The notes under the pieces are model-generated. The model worked only from the letters and a program-made list of their open reading frames with translations. It was not told the origin of the DNA and ran no database searches. Below, piece by piece: positions 19,252 through 20,000 of a DNA stretch of 20,000 bases. The stretch spans positions 8,660,818 to 8,680,817 of the forward strand of contig NC_057755.1 in assembly GCF_004010195.1 (NCBI RefSeq), written 5' to 3'. Source of the DNA: Chiloscyllium plagiosum (Eukaryota). A program made the translations under genes and the position numbers. How positions within the stretch are numbered: position 1 is the first letter of the stretch; every line of letters starts with the position of its first letter.

Positions 19252-20000
19252 TTGGATGAACTGAGGATTTTTCGAGAGGCTGAGAAGGTGATAGATAGAA
19301 GCTACAGAGACATAGTTACGCCAGAGAACAGAGGTAGCTGGGTAACAGTTAGAGGTGGGAAGGGGAGGGAGCAGGCAGTGCAGGGATCCCCTGTAGTCAT
19401 TCCCCTAAACAATAGGTATACCGCTTTGGATACTGGTGGGGGGGACAGCCTAGCAGGGGTAAGCTGCAGTGACCGGGTCTGTGGCGTGAGGTCTGGCTCT
19501 GAGACTCAGAAGGGAAAGGGGGAGAGGAGGAGAGCGCTAGTTATAGGAGACTCTCTAGTTAGAGGGACGGACAGTCGATTCTGTGGGCATGGGCGCGACT
19601 CTCGGATGATTTGTTGCCTCCCGGGTGCCAGGGTCCGAGACGTCTCGGACCGTGTCTTCAGAATCCTTAAGGGGGAGGGTGTGCAGCCAGAAGTCGTGGT
19701 GCACGTTGCCACCAACGACATAGGTAGGAAGAGAGGTGGGGAGGTCATTCAAGAGCTCAGGGAGTTAGGCTGGAAGCTGAAAGCGAGGACAGACAGAGTC
19801 ATCATCTCTGGGTTGTTGCCGGTGCCACGTGACAGTGAGGCAAGGAATAGGGAGAGAGTGCAGTTGGACACGTGGCTGCAAGGATGGTGTAGGAGGGAGG
19901 GCTTCAGGTATTTGGGCAATTGGACTGCATTCTGGGGAAGGTGGGACCTGTACAAGCAGGACGGGTTGCACCTGAACCAGAAGGGCACCAATATCCTGGG
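19252..20000 (+). mobile_element. CR1 ORF1 (SGNH/GDSL esterase domain), 5'-truncated, open to the window end
   Basis: Frame +1 is stop-free from 19216 to 20000: LDELRIFREAEKVIDRSY..PLNNRYTAL..ALVIGDSLVRG (GDS 19546-19554)..CCLPGARV..VVHVATND (19696-19719)..VIISGLLP..YKQDGLHLNQKG (DGLH 19960-19971). Confidence 0.93.

Noticed and set aside
19506..19991. Four overlapping minus-strand ORFs
   Set aside because: Antisense shadows of the GC-rich CR1 ORF1 on +.

Overview
Eukaryotic, repeat-dense vertebrate DNA, most likely a cartilaginous fish (shark); this is inferred from the repeat families and GPCR type, not proven. Most of the window is decayed retroelements: a Rex1/Babar-type LINE 3' end, Tx1-like L1 fragments, several CR1 copies, two copies of an L2/CR1-group LINE, a Gypsy LTR element (LTR, PBS, gag, protease) plus a solo LTR of the same family, and a degenerate but apparently full-length 5.7 kb L1 with a target-site duplication inserted in a CR1. 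Short Penelope-like terminal repeats occur three times, two of them with minimal hammerhead ribozyme motifs. The only host gene is a two-exon GPR139/GPR142-like class A GPCR on the minus strand (exon 1 18468-18399, exon 2 16637-15714) with a frameshift in TM2, so probably a pseudogene. The window ends inside an open CR1 ORF1 with an SGNH esterase domain that the ORF track missed. No prokaryotic system (CRISPR, retron etc.) is present and I cannot support a wholly new biological system. The most notable observations are the hammerhead mini-element with an 18-bp TSD, the nested insertion stack and the GPCR lesion. Family names come from recognised motifs, not database searches, and repeat boundaries are approximate.
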